From: Acidimicrobiia bacterium
GTDB taxonomy: Bacteria; Actinomycetota; Acidimicrobiia; Spongiisociales; ZC4RG35
DNA: 59,637 nt
Assembly: GCA_015488325.1 (NCBI GenBank)
Contig: WFOA01000017.1
Coordinates: 1 to 59,637 of the forward strand
Direction: 5' to 3'
In this document: in pieces, positions 1 to 8,716 of the stretch
Layout: each line of letters starts with the position of its first letter
Numbering within the stretch: position 1 is the first letter of the stretch
Translations under genes and position numbers: made by a program
The notes under the pieces: model-generated
The model's input: the letters and a program-made list of their open reading frames with translations, nothing else
Database searches by the model: none
What the model was told of the DNA's origin: nothing

Positions 1-2
1 AG

Positions 3-647
3 TCTCTGCGGTACGCGCTCGAGGTGGAGGGCTTCGAAGTCGTGACGGCCGACAATGCGGTGGACGGACTGGAGCGGGCACGTACCTGGCGTCCGTCCCT
101 CGTGCTCCTCGATCTGATGCTTCCGGGAGGGTCCGGCCTCGACGTGTGCCGTCAGATCCGCTCCCGTTCGGACGTCCCGATCATCGTCGTCACCGCCAAA
201 GACGCCGAAGCCGACAAGGTGGTGGGTCTCGAGCTGGGCGCCGACGACTACGTGACGAAACCGTTCTCGATGCGCGAGCTGGTCGCCCGGGTTCGGGCCC
301 ATCTCCGGCGGGCGAACCGCGCCGGCACCTTCGGCGACACCAACGAGGTGCTCAGGGTCGGCCCCTTCGAACTCGACATCGACGCCCACGAGGTCCGGAG
401 GAACGGCGAACCGGTCTCGTTGCGGCCGAAGGAGTTCGACCTCCTCGAATCGTTGATGCGGCGAGCGGGGCGGGTGGCGAGCAGGGAGACCCTGATCGAC
501 GAGGTGTGGGGTCCCTCGTACTTCGGTGACACCAAGACCCTCGACGTGCACATCAAGCGGCTTCGACAAAAGCTCGAGGCCGACCCGTCGCGGCCGCGTC
601 ACATCGTCACCATCCGGGGCATCGGCTACAAGTTCGTCGATGGCTGA
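3..647 (+). CDS. OmpR/PhoB-family response regulator (RegX3/PhoP-like), 5' end cut by window edge
   Basis: The frame is open from the window edge (SLRYALEVEGFEV...) to TGA 645-647. It has receiver motifs (LVLLDLMLPGGSG, VVTAKD, DDYVTKPF) and a winged-helix C-terminus (TLDVHIKRLRQKL, IVTIRGIGYKF). The stop overlaps the kinase ATG (ATGGCTGA). Confidence 0.9.
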   Translation, partial: SLRYALEVEGFEVVTADNAVDGLERARTWRPSLVLLDLMLPGGSGLDVCRQIRSRSDVPIIVVTAKDAEADKVVGLELGADDYVTKPFSMRELVARVRAHLRRANRAGTFGDTNEVLRVGPFELDIDAHEVRRNGEPVSLRPKEFDLLESLMRRAGRVASRETLIDEVWGPSYFGDTKTLDVHIKRLRQKLEADPSRPRHIVTIRGIGYKFVDG

Positions 648-2013
648 GCGGTACGGTCGCGCACGGTTGACGACCAGGCTGATGACGGCGTTCGCCGTCG
701 TGTTCCTGGTGCTGATCGGAGGGCTCGGGTTCCTGGTGGACCTGTCGATCCGAGGGGACCTCGACCCCGCTGAGCTGGCGACCGTACGTCGCGACCTCGC
801 CTACGCCGCCGGTTTGGCAGGGATCGTGGGGATCGTCGTGGTAGGGGTCGTCGCCCATTTCCTCGCTCGGCCGCTCCGCCGCCTCGCCGCAGTCGCCACG
901 TCGATCGCCGATGGACGGGTCGATCTCCGTCCCGAACGGTCCGGTGTCGTCGAGCTCGACCGCCTCGGGATCGCCATCGGCAGGACCGCCAGCGAGCTCG
1001 GATCGAGACTCGCCCAGCTCGAAGGGGAGCGTCGGCGTCTGGAAGTCGTCTTGGAGGCCCTGGACCTCGGTGTGCTGCTCGTCGCCGGCGACGACTCGGT
1101 GCTGTATGCGAACGCCGCCACCGCGTCGCTCCTCGGGTCCCGTCCCCGAGACCTGTCCGAGATCGCACCACCGGCGCTTCGTCGGCTCGTCGCCGACGGT
1201 CGGGACGGAGCCCGCTCCACCGAAGGCGACGTCGAATACGGTGCCCCGAGTCGAATCCTCCACGTGACGGTCACCTCCCTCGACGACGGCGGGGTGCTGG
1301 TGGTGCTCGACGACATCAGCGAGCGACGGCGCATCGAGGCGATGCGCCGCGACTTCGTCACGGACGCCTCCCACGAGATGAAGACCCCGGTCGCCGGGAT
1401 CCTGGCGTCGGTCGAAGCCGCGGAGACCGCCCTCAGCCGTGACCCGGATCGGGTACGGGGTTTCCTCGACCAGGCTTCGGCGTCGGCACGTCACCTGGCT
1501 CGACTGGTCGGGGACCTGCTCGACCTGTCACGCCTGGAGGCGGCCGAACCGGACCGGAGTCCCGTGGCCTTGGACCTGATCATCCGAGACGAAGTGGACC
1601 GCGCGTCGGCGTCGGCCGAGGCGGCCGGGGTGCGCCTCGACGTCGACCTTCGTCCCGTGACCGTGATGGGAGCGCGGGCCGACCTGGGCCTGGCCGTCGG
1701 GAACCTCATCGAGAACGCCATCCGTTACAGCGCTCCCGGTGGGACGGTGCAGGTCGTGTTGGCGGTCGAAGATGGGACGGCCGTGGTGGCGGTCCGGGAC
1801 ACCGGCATCGGGATCCCGACCTGGGCGCTCCCCCGTGTCTTCGAACGGTTCTTCCGGGTCGACGCGGCACGGTCACGGGCGACAGGGGGTACCGGTCTCG
1901 GCTTGGCGATCGTCAAACACGTCGTCGAGCGGCACGGCGGCACCGTCGACGTCACCAGCGAACTCGGGGTGGGGTCGACGTTCCGGATCCGGATTCCCGC
2001 CGCTCCGGCTTGA
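640..2013 (+). CDS. Sensor histidine kinase (SenX3/PhoR-like)
   Basis: ATG at 640 overlaps the regulator stop. There is an N-terminal TM segment (LMTAFAVVFLVLIGGLGFLV), an H-box (FVTDASHEMKTPV), and N, G1 and G2 boxes (NLIENAIRYS, DTGIGIP, GGTGLGLAIVKH). The 5' part of the track ORF (526-639) overlaps the regulator and was rejected. Confidence 0.9.
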   Translation: MAERYGRARLTTRLMTAFAVVFLVLIGGLGFLVDLSIRGDLDPAELATVRRDLAYAAGLAGIVGIVVVGVVAHFLARPLRRLAAVATSIADGRVDLRPERSGVVELDRLGIAIGRTASELGSRLAQLEGERRRLEVVLEALDLGVLLVAGDDSVLYANAATASLLGSRPRDLSEIAPPALRRLVADGRDGARSTEGDVEYGAPSRILHVTVTSLDDGGVLVVLDDISERRRIEAMRRDFVTDASHEMKTPVAGILASVEAAETALSRDPDRVRGFLDQASASARHLARLVGDLLDLSRLEAAEPDRSPVALDLIIRDEVDRASASAEAAGVRLDVDLRPVTVMGARADLGLAVGNLIENAIRYSAPGGTVQVVLAVEDGTAVVAVRDTGIGIPTWALPRVFERFFRVDAARSRATGGTGLGLAIVKHVVERHGGTVDVTSELGVGSTFRIRIPAAPA

Positions 2014-2047
2014 GGTCGCCCCGAGGGTGCTACCGTGCCCGTCCGGT

Positions 2048-3199
2048 ATGGCCGAGTCTCCGGCGACGACCGAACGGACCGGCGGAGTTCCCCGGTGGCT
2101 CCGCCCGATTCTGGTCCTCGGGTTCCTGTACCTCTTCCTCGTCGGTGTCAAAGGCCTGGAGACCGGGATCAAGGTGTTCGGTGTCGACGCCGCGGAGCGC
2201 ATCTTCGGGTACGTCTCGTCTCCGGTCGCCGGGCTGTTCGCCGGGATCCTCGCCACGGTGCTGGTCCAGTCGTCGTCGGTGACGACGTCGACGATCGTCG
2301 GGCTGGTCGGGTCGGGGTCCCTCTCGGTGGCCGCCGCCGTCCCGATGATCATGGGAGCGAACATCGGGACCACCGTCACCAACACCCTCGCCTCCCTCGG
2401 CCATGTGCGGCGCGGCGCCGAATTCAAACGGGCCTTCGCCGGTGCCACCGTCCACGACTTCTTCAACGTGTTCGCCGTCGTGGTGTTCCTGCCCTTGGAG
2501 CTCGCAACCGGGTTCCTGTCGAAGTCGGCGACGGCGGTGTCGTCCCTGCTGGCCGGGTCGGGTTCGGTCGCCGCCGCGCCCGGGAAGAGCCCCATCAAGG
2601 CGGCGATCAAGGCGCCGGTGGCCCTCATCGAAGGGAGCCTCACCGATCTGGGCCTCCATCGGGGGTGGGTCGGTTCGCTGATCCTCGCCCTCGCCCTCGT
2701 GTCGATCTTCGTCGCGCTCGTCTTCGTCACCCGCAACATGCGCGTCCTCATGGCAGGCAGGATGGAGGCGGGGTTCAATGCCGTCCTCGGCCGGGGGGCG
2801 GGTCTGGGAGCGATGATCCTGGGGGTCGTCGTCACCGTGGCGGTGCAGAGCTCGTCGATCACCACCTCGATCCTGGTGCCTCTGCTCGGAGCCGGAGTGA
2901 TCACCTTGGAGAACGCCTACCCGGTCACCCTCGGAGCGAACCTGGGGACGACGGTGACCGCCCTCCTCGCGTCGCTGGCGGCCGACCGGCCCGAAGCCCT
3001 CACCATCGCCCTCACCCACACCCTGTTCAACGTCTTCGGGATCCTCGCCTTCTACCCCGTCCCGCTGGTCCGTCGGCTCCCGCTCCGGGCCGCCCGGGCC
3101 CTGGCCGAGGTCGCCACCCGACGCAAACGGGTGGTGCTGGCCTACCTGGTGGCGGTGTTCGTCGTCCTGCCGCTGGTGGGTATCGTGGTGTTCAGGTGA
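2048..3199 (+). CDS. Na+/phosphate cotransporter family membrane protein (NptA-like)
   Basis: ATG at 2048 lies 35 nt after the kinase stop. The protein is polytopic and has the duplicated motif typical of Na/Pi-cotransporter II-related proteins (QSSSVTTSTIVGL and QSSSITTSILVPL; GANIGTTVT and GANLGTTVT). Confidence 0.85.
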   Translation: MAESPATTERTGGVPRWLRPILVLGFLYLFLVGVKGLETGIKVFGVDAAERIFGYVSSPVAGLFAGILATVLVQSSSVTTSTIVGLVGSGSLSVAAAVPMIMGANIGTTVTNTLASLGHVRRGAEFKRAFAGATVHDFFNVFAVVVFLPLELATGFLSKSATAVSSLLAGSGSVAAAPGKSPIKAAIKAPVALIEGSLTDLGLHRGWVGSLILALALVSIFVALVFVTRNMRVLMAGRMEAGFNAVLGRGAGLGAMILGVVVTVAVQSSSITTSILVPLLGAGVITLENAYPVTLGANLGTTVTALLASLAADRPEALTIALTHTLFNVFGILAFYPVPLVRRLPLRAARALAEVATRRKRVVLAYLVAVFVVLPLVGIVVFR

Positions 3200-3208
3200 G
3201 GTGACGAG

Positions 3209-3883
3209 ATGGTGTTCGACTTGTTCTCCGGCAAAGGTGAGTCCCAGATCGAGCGGATCGAACAGCAGATCCAGGAGATGCTGGCTGCCTGCGGTCGGAC
3301 CATCGACATCGCCACCGACGCCCTGTTCGGGCGTGTCGCCCCCTCCGAGGTGGGAGAGACCCTCCGCAAGAGCGACCGGGCGGTGAACCGTCTGGAACGG
3401 GAGATTCGCCGCGAGCTGGTCGTCCATGCAGGGGTGCGGGGCGCTTCGGCCGACATCCCCGCCATCCTCGTCTACATGTCGATCGTGAAAGACATCGAAC
3501 GCCTCGGCGACTACGCGAAGAACCTCTGGGACGTCGCCAACGCCGGGGCCGACATCACCGGGCTGTCGGAATTCGACCGGATCCAGAGGGACGTCGCATG
3601 GGTTCGGGAGCTGGTCGACCGGACGGCGAAGATCTTCGCCGAACGGGACGCCGCAGCCGCCCAGGAGGCGCTGAACGAGGCCGACGCCAAGCTCGACGAG
3701 TTCGACGCGATGGTCATCGAACAGCTCACCTCGGACCGGCCTTCGCGGGAAGGTGTGCCGATCGCCCTGGTCGCACGGTATCTCAAACGGATCAGCGCCC
3801 ACCTGATGAACGTGATGACGGCGGTGGTGATGCCCCTCGACCGGCTCGACTACTGGGACGAAGACAAAGCCGACCGCTGGTGA
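3209..3883 (+). CDS. PhoU-domain phosphate-signalling accessory protein
   Basis: It starts 10 nt after the transporter gene. It has a helical-repeat pattern with the PhoU-type motif (IVKDIERLGDYAKNLWDVA and a second repeat ending ARYLKRISAHLMNV). Confidence 0.75.
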   Translation: MVFDLFSGKGESQIERIEQQIQEMLAACGRTIDIATDALFGRVAPSEVGETLRKSDRAVNRLEREIRRELVVHAGVRGASADIPAILVYMSIVKDIERLGDYAKNLWDVANAGADITGLSEFDRIQRDVAWVRELVDRTAKIFAERDAAAAQEALNEADAKLDEFDAMVIEQLTSDRPSREGVPIALVARYLKRISAHLMNVMTAVVMPLDRLDYWDEDKADRW

Positions 3884-3964
3884 ACGGGGGATCCGGGCGG
3901 GTCGGGTCGGAGAAGGGATTCACCGTGGGAACCTCCGACGGCTAGCCTGTCGTTCCAGACGGCG

Positions 3965-5827
3965 ATGTCGCTCCTCGACCACATCCACGAACCTGCGGAC
4001 CTGCGTGCGCTCGACCACGAGCAGCTCGTACAGCTCTGCGGCGAGATCAGGGAGTTCCTGATCGAGAAGATCTCCAGGACGGGCGGCCACCTCTCACCCA
4101 ACCTGGGGGTCGTCGAGTTGACCCTGGCACTGCATCGGGCCTTCGACAGTCCACGCGACCGGATCATCTGGGACGTAGGCCACCAGAGCTACGTCCACAA
4201 GATCGTGACCGGACGTCGGGACGGCTTCGACCGGCTCCGAGTGTTCGGCGGTCTGAGCGGCTACCCGTCCCGAGAGGAGAGCGCCCACGACTGGGTGGAG
4301 AACAGCCACGCCTCCACCTCGCTGAGTTACGCCCTCGGTCACGCCCTCACCAACCCCGACTACTGGACGGTGGCGGTCATCGGCGACGGCGCCCTCACCG
4401 GAGGGATGGCGTACGAAGCGCTCAGCCATATCGCCGTCGCCAAACCTCGGCGGTTGGTCATCGTGGTGAACGACAACGGGCGGTCGTACGACCACACCGT
4501 CGGTGGCCTCGCCACCCTCGCCAACCTCGCCCACTACCGGTTCGATCCCCGATACGAATGGGCGAAACGCTCAGTGGGGAGGATCCTGAAGGGTCTGCCC
4601 CTCGTCGGTGAGACGGCCGACGAGCTCGCCACCCGCTTCAAAGAGGCGTTCAAGCAGATCCTGGAACCGTCCACGGTCTTCGACGCGTTGGGGCTCAAGT
4701 ATTCGGGTCGGATCGACGGCCACGACATTCCGCTCCTCGAAGAGACCTTCGCCCGTGCGAAAGAGTACGACGAGCCGGTCATCGTGCACGTCGTGACCGA
4801 GAAGGGGGCCGGGTACGAGCCGGCCATCCAGGACGAAGTCGACAAACTCCACGGGGTGGGGAGCTTCGACATCGCCACCGGCAAGCCGGTGAAGTCGGAG
4901 CTGAAACTCACCGATGTGGTGGGACGAGCCTTGGCCGACGCCGCCGAACGCTACCCCGACCTGGTCGCCATCTCGGCGGCGATGGTGTCGTCCACCGGTC
5001 TGAAACCGATGGCGGACGCCCATCCCGACCGGGTGATCGACACAGGGATCGCCGAACAGCACGCCGTCACCCTGGCGGCGGGGATGGCGATGGCGGGGAA
5101 ACGTCCCGTCGTGGCGATCTACTCGAGTTTCCTGCAGCGGGCGTTCGATCAGATCATCACCGACGTCGCCTTGCACCGGCTCCCCGTCACCTTTCTCATC
5201 GACCGGGCCGGGATCACCGGCCCGGACGGTCCGTCCCACCATGGGGTGTTCGACCTCTCCTACCTTCGTCTCGTCCCCAACCTGGTGGTGGGTGCCCCGG
5301 CCGACGCCACCGAGCTCTGCGGGATGATCGAGACGGCGCTCAACCACGACGGGCCGGTGGCCATCCGTTACCCGAAGAACGCAGCGGCCGGTCTCCCCAC
5401 CCTGCCGGTCTCCGCGCTGGCGGTCGGTGTCTGGGAGGAGCTCCGCCAAGGCGACGACCTCCTGTTCTTGGCGACCGGCCGGATGGTGGAGATCGCCCAG
5501 AAGGTCGCGGCGGCGCTCGAGCCGGACGGGATCACCTGCGGGGTGGTGAACGCCCGGTGGGTGAAACCCTGCGACGAACGGCTGGTCGACTGGGTGTCGG
5601 CGTACCCGCGGGTCGTCACCCTGGAGGACAACGTCGTCTCGGGCGGCTTCGGAGCGGCGGTGGCCGAAGCCCTGGCCGGGACCGGGCTCGGCGGTCGGCT
5701 GTCGATCATCGGCGTCCCCGACCGTTTCCTGCCGTTCGGCTCGGCGTCCGACGTCATGGCCGCGGCCGGGCTGGACGTCGACGGCGTCACCGGACGGATC
5801 CGCCGCCTGCTCGAGTCGGGAGCGTGA
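3965..5827 (+). CDS. dxs: 1-deoxy-D-xylulose-5-phosphate synthase
   Basis: 620 aa. It has the canonical N-terminus (LLDHIHEPADLRALDHEQLVQLCGEIREFLIEKISRTGGHLSPNLGVVELTLALH), the TPP motif GDGALTGGMAYEAL and a transketolase-like C-terminal domain. Confidence 0.95.
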   Translation: MSLLDHIHEPADLRALDHEQLVQLCGEIREFLIEKISRTGGHLSPNLGVVELTLALHRAFDSPRDRIIWDVGHQSYVHKIVTGRRDGFDRLRVFGGLSGYPSREESAHDWVENSHASTSLSYALGHALTNPDYWTVAVIGDGALTGGMAYEALSHIAVAKPRRLVIVVNDNGRSYDHTVGGLATLANLAHYRFDPRYEWAKRSVGRILKGLPLVGETADELATRFKEAFKQILEPSTVFDALGLKYSGRIDGHDIPLLEETFARAKEYDEPVIVHVVTEKGAGYEPAIQDEVDKLHGVGSFDIATGKPVKSELKLTDVVGRALADAAERYPDLVAISAAMVSSTGLKPMADAHPDRVIDTGIAEQHAVTLAAGMAMAGKRPVVAIYSSFLQRAFDQIITDVALHRLPVTFLIDRAGITGPDGPSHHGVFDLSYLRLVPNLVVGAPADATELCGMIETALNHDGPVAIRYPKNAAAGLPTLPVSALAVGVWEELRQGDDLLFLATGRMVEIAQKVAAALEPDGITCGVVNARWVKPCDERLVDWVSAYPRVVTLEDNVVSGGFGAAVAEALAGTGLGGRLSIIGVPDRFLPFGSASDVMAAAGLDVDGVTGRIRRLLESGA

Positions 5828-5988
5828 CCGGGGCGAGGCGCCGCGTTCCGGGGGCGGGAGCGGCGGCGGGTCGTCGTCTCCTGCGGTCGTTGCGGGCAGG
5901 TGGTCCTGTTTCAGTTGAAGCGGCGAGCCGAGGGCAACTAGGGTTCCGCCCACCCCTACGGGGGTTCCATCAATTGGGAGGAATACGG

Positions 5989-7131
5989 ATGGGTAAGAAA
6001 CTGACGCTGCTCACAGCAGTGTTCGCGTTGGTGGTCGCCGCCTGTGGCGGCGGCGCGGAGGAAACCACCACCACCACCGCTGCACCCGAACCCGGCGAAA
6101 CGACGACCACGGCCCCGGCCCCCGGTGGCGGGGACGCCGGCGCCGGTGGTGGCGGCGCCGAACAGGCCGGTGGAAGCCTGCTGGACACGGTGATCGCTCG
6201 CGGCACGCTGAACTGTGGCGTGAACGAGACCCTCGCCGGCTTCGGCTTCAAGGACGAGACCGGCCAGTTCGTCGGCTTCGACGTGGACCTGTGCCGCGCC
6301 GTCGCCGCTGCCGTGCTCGGCGACGCCGACGCCGTGAAGTTCGAGCCGCTGACGGCCGCTGCCCGGTTCGAGGCGGTGAACTCGGGTCTGATCGACCTGC
6401 TGTCCCGGAACACCACCTGGACGCAGAGCCGTGACACCGACCTGGGTCTCGACTTCGGCCCGACCACCTACTACGACGGCCAGCAGCTCATGGCGAAGAA
6501 GGCCGACGGCTTCACGGCCGACTCGCCGCTGACCGACATCGCCGGTGCGGTGGTCTGCACCAACGCCGGTACCACGACCGAGAAGAACATCACCGAAGCC
6601 TCGGCGGCTCTGGGGCTCGACATCACGCTGCAGACCTTCGAGGACTTCAACATCGTGATGGAGAACTTCAAGTCCGGTGCCTGTGACGTGGTGACCACCG
6701 ACGGTTCCGGTCTGGTGTCCCGCAAGGCCACCGACCCGGCCGGCGACGAGTGGGTCATCTTCCCGTCGGTGCCGATCTCCAAGGAGCCGCTCGGTCCGGC
6801 CTGGAAGCAGAACGACTCGGTGTGGGGTGACGTGGTCCGCTGGACCGTGTACGCCATGATCATCGCCGAGGAGAAGGGCATCACCAGCGCCAACGTGGAC
6901 CAGATGGTGGCCAACCCGCCCGACGGCGAGGCCGCCCGCCTCCTGGGCGCGTCGGAGGACGAGATCCAGACGAAGATGGGTCTGCCCGCCGACGCGTTCT
7001 ACCAGGTCATCAAGCAGGTGGGGAACTACGGTGAGGTCTTCGACCGTCACCTGACCCCCCTCGGTCTCAACCGTGGCCTGAACGCCCTGTGGTCCGACGG
7101 CGGTCTGCTCTACGCACCGCCCGCCCGGTGA
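5989..7131 (+). CDS. Amino-acid ABC transporter substrate-binding lipoprotein (AapJ/BztA-like)
   Basis: ATG at 5989 is preceded by GGGAGG. It has a lipoprotein signal (LLTAVFALVVAACGGG), a T/P/G-rich linker and a family-3 solute-binding fold. Two permease genes and an ATPase gene follow. Confidence 0.85.
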   Translation: MGKKLTLLTAVFALVVAACGGGAEETTTTTAAPEPGETTTTAPAPGGGDAGAGGGGAEQAGGSLLDTVIARGTLNCGVNETLAGFGFKDETGQFVGFDVDLCRAVAAAVLGDADAVKFEPLTAAARFEAVNSGLIDLLSRNTTWTQSRDTDLGLDFGPTTYYDGQQLMAKKADGFTADSPLTDIAGAVVCTNAGTTTEKNITEASAALGLDITLQTFEDFNIVMENFKSGACDVVTTDGSGLVSRKATDPAGDEWVIFPSVPISKEPLGPAWKQNDSVWGDVVRWTVYAMIIAEEKGITSANVDQMVANPPDGEAARLLGASEDEIQTKMGLPADAFYQVIKQVGNYGEVFDRHLTPLGLNRGLNALWSDGGLLYAPPAR

Positions 7132-7147
7132 CCCGAACATGATCTGA

Positions 7148-7176
7148 GGAGGGGGGCGCATCGAGCGCCCCCCTCC
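7148..7176 (+). terminator. Intercistronic GC-rich hairpin between the binding-protein gene and the permease genes
   Basis: Perfect 12-bp inverted repeat GGAGGGGGGCGC (7148-7159), loop ATCGA, then GCGCCCCCCTCC (7165-7176). There is no U-tract, so it is more likely an attenuator or mRNA-stability element than a full terminator. Confidence 0.55.
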
Positions 7177-7189
7177 CCACATCCGTCCC

Positions 7190-8716
7190 ATGACGCAGAG
7201 CCGGATCGACGCCACCCAGACCCGACCGCCCCTCTGGCGGAACGTCACGTTCCTCAAATGGGCGACACAGATCGGAGTCCTCGTCGGCTTGGTCGTCCTG
7301 GCCTGGATCCTCATCTCCACCGCCCTGCGCAACCTCGAAGCCCAGGGCCTCTCCCTCGACTGGGACTTCCTCACCGATCCCGTAGGGATCCGCCTCGGCG
7401 AAGGCATCTTCACTCAGCCCGCCTCGGGTCTCGAAGCCTTCGCCACCGCCATCGTCAACATGCTCCGGGTGACGGCGTCGGGGATCATCGCTGCCACGAT
7501 CCTCGGCGTGCTGGTCGGGATCTCCCGACTGTCCAGCAACTGGCTGCTGTCCCGGTCCGCCACCGCCTTCGTCGAGACGATCCGGAACATTCCGCTCCTC
7601 ATCCAGATCGTCTTCTGGTTCTTCCTCATGACGCTGTTCTTCCCGACCCTCGAAGTGGACGCGTCGGGACCTGCGCCGGGATGGTTGATCGTCAGCCGCA
7701 AAGGGGTGTCGATCCCCTGGCTGTTCCCCACCGAAGTGTTCTGGCAGTGGTTCGTGTTCGTCGCCGGCGGAGCCTGGGCCGCCCGGCGCGTCTACCGGCG
7801 GCGGATCGAGCTGCTGGAGGAGACCGGCCGGGAGACCCATCCGGGCCGGTGGGCGCTCGGCACCTTCGTGTTGATCGCTGGGCTCGGCTGGTTCGCCCAT
7901 CCGATCGCCGGCGCCCTCGGATGGCTCTTCGCCCTGGTGGCGGCGGTGATCGCCGCCATCCCCGACTTCGCATTCCAGCTCCTCTTCGCCGCGGTGTCGA
8001 TCTGGTTGGGGGCACGATGGATCCGCCGGTTCCTCGACTCCCGGCGCACCCCGGCCGGCCTCGCCCGCCTCACCGACGACGACTACTTCCGGATGGGCCT
8101 CGCCGGCGTCCTCGGCCTCGCCGGCGCCGCCGTGTTCGTGGCGATCCCCCAGATCACGTCGCTCATCACCGACGTCGCCCACTTCGTCTTCGCGTTCTTG
8201 GACCAGAAGTTCGATTTCCTCCGTACCGGCGTGCCGCTGCGGCTGGGACGCCCCGAAGTGGTGGTGCCGGGCCGCTTCCCCCAGATCGGCGACACCGGCA
8301 TGACCATGACCCCGAACTTCTTCGGGCTGTGGGTGGGGGTGACCTTGTACACGGCGGCGTTCATCGCCGAGATCGTCCGTGGCGGCATCCTGGCGGTTCC
8401 GAAGGGTCAAACCGAGGCCGGGATGGCCTTGGGGCTGAAACGCAGCCAGGTGCTGCGGATGATCATCCTCCCCCAGGCGTTCCGGATCATCCTCCCGCCG
8501 ATGGGTAACCAGTACCTGAACCTGGCGAAGAACACCTCCCTCGGGATCGCCATCGCCTACGCCGAGCTCGTCCAGGTCGGCCAGACGCTCTTCAACCAGA
8601 CCGGTGACACCATCCAGGTGTTCCTGATCTGGATGGCGTTCTACCTCACCGTCAGCCTGGTGCTGTCCAGCATCGTCAACTGGTACAACCGCCGTGTGAA
8701 GTTGGTGGAGCGATGA
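7190..8716 (+). CDS. Amino-acid ABC transporter permease (AapQ/BztB-like), long form
   Basis: Polytopic protein. The C-terminal region has the EAA-type motif (GQTEAGMALGLKRSQVLRMIILPQAFRIILPPMGNQ). The stop overlaps the next start (ATGA at 8713-8716). Confidence 0.85.
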   Translation: MTQSRIDATQTRPPLWRNVTFLKWATQIGVLVGLVVLAWILISTALRNLEAQGLSLDWDFLTDPVGIRLGEGIFTQPASGLEAFATAIVNMLRVTASGIIAATILGVLVGISRLSSNWLLSRSATAFVETIRNIPLLIQIVFWFFLMTLFFPTLEVDASGPAPGWLIVSRKGVSIPWLFPTEVFWQWFVFVAGGAWAARRVYRRRIELLEETGRETHPGRWALGTFVLIAGLGWFAHPIAGALGWLFALVAAVIAAIPDFAFQLLFAAVSIWLGARWIRRFLDSRRTPAGLARLTDDDYFRMGLAGVLGLAGAAVFVAIPQITSLITDVAHFVFAFLDQKFDFLRTGVPLRLGRPEVVVPGRFPQIGDTGMTMTPNFFGLWVGVTLYTAAFIAEIVRGGILAVPKGQTEAGMALGLKRSQVLRMIILPQAFRIILPPMGNQYLNLAKNTSLGIAIAYAELVQVGQTLFNQTGDTIQVFLIWMAFYLTVSLVLSSIVNWYNRRVKLVER

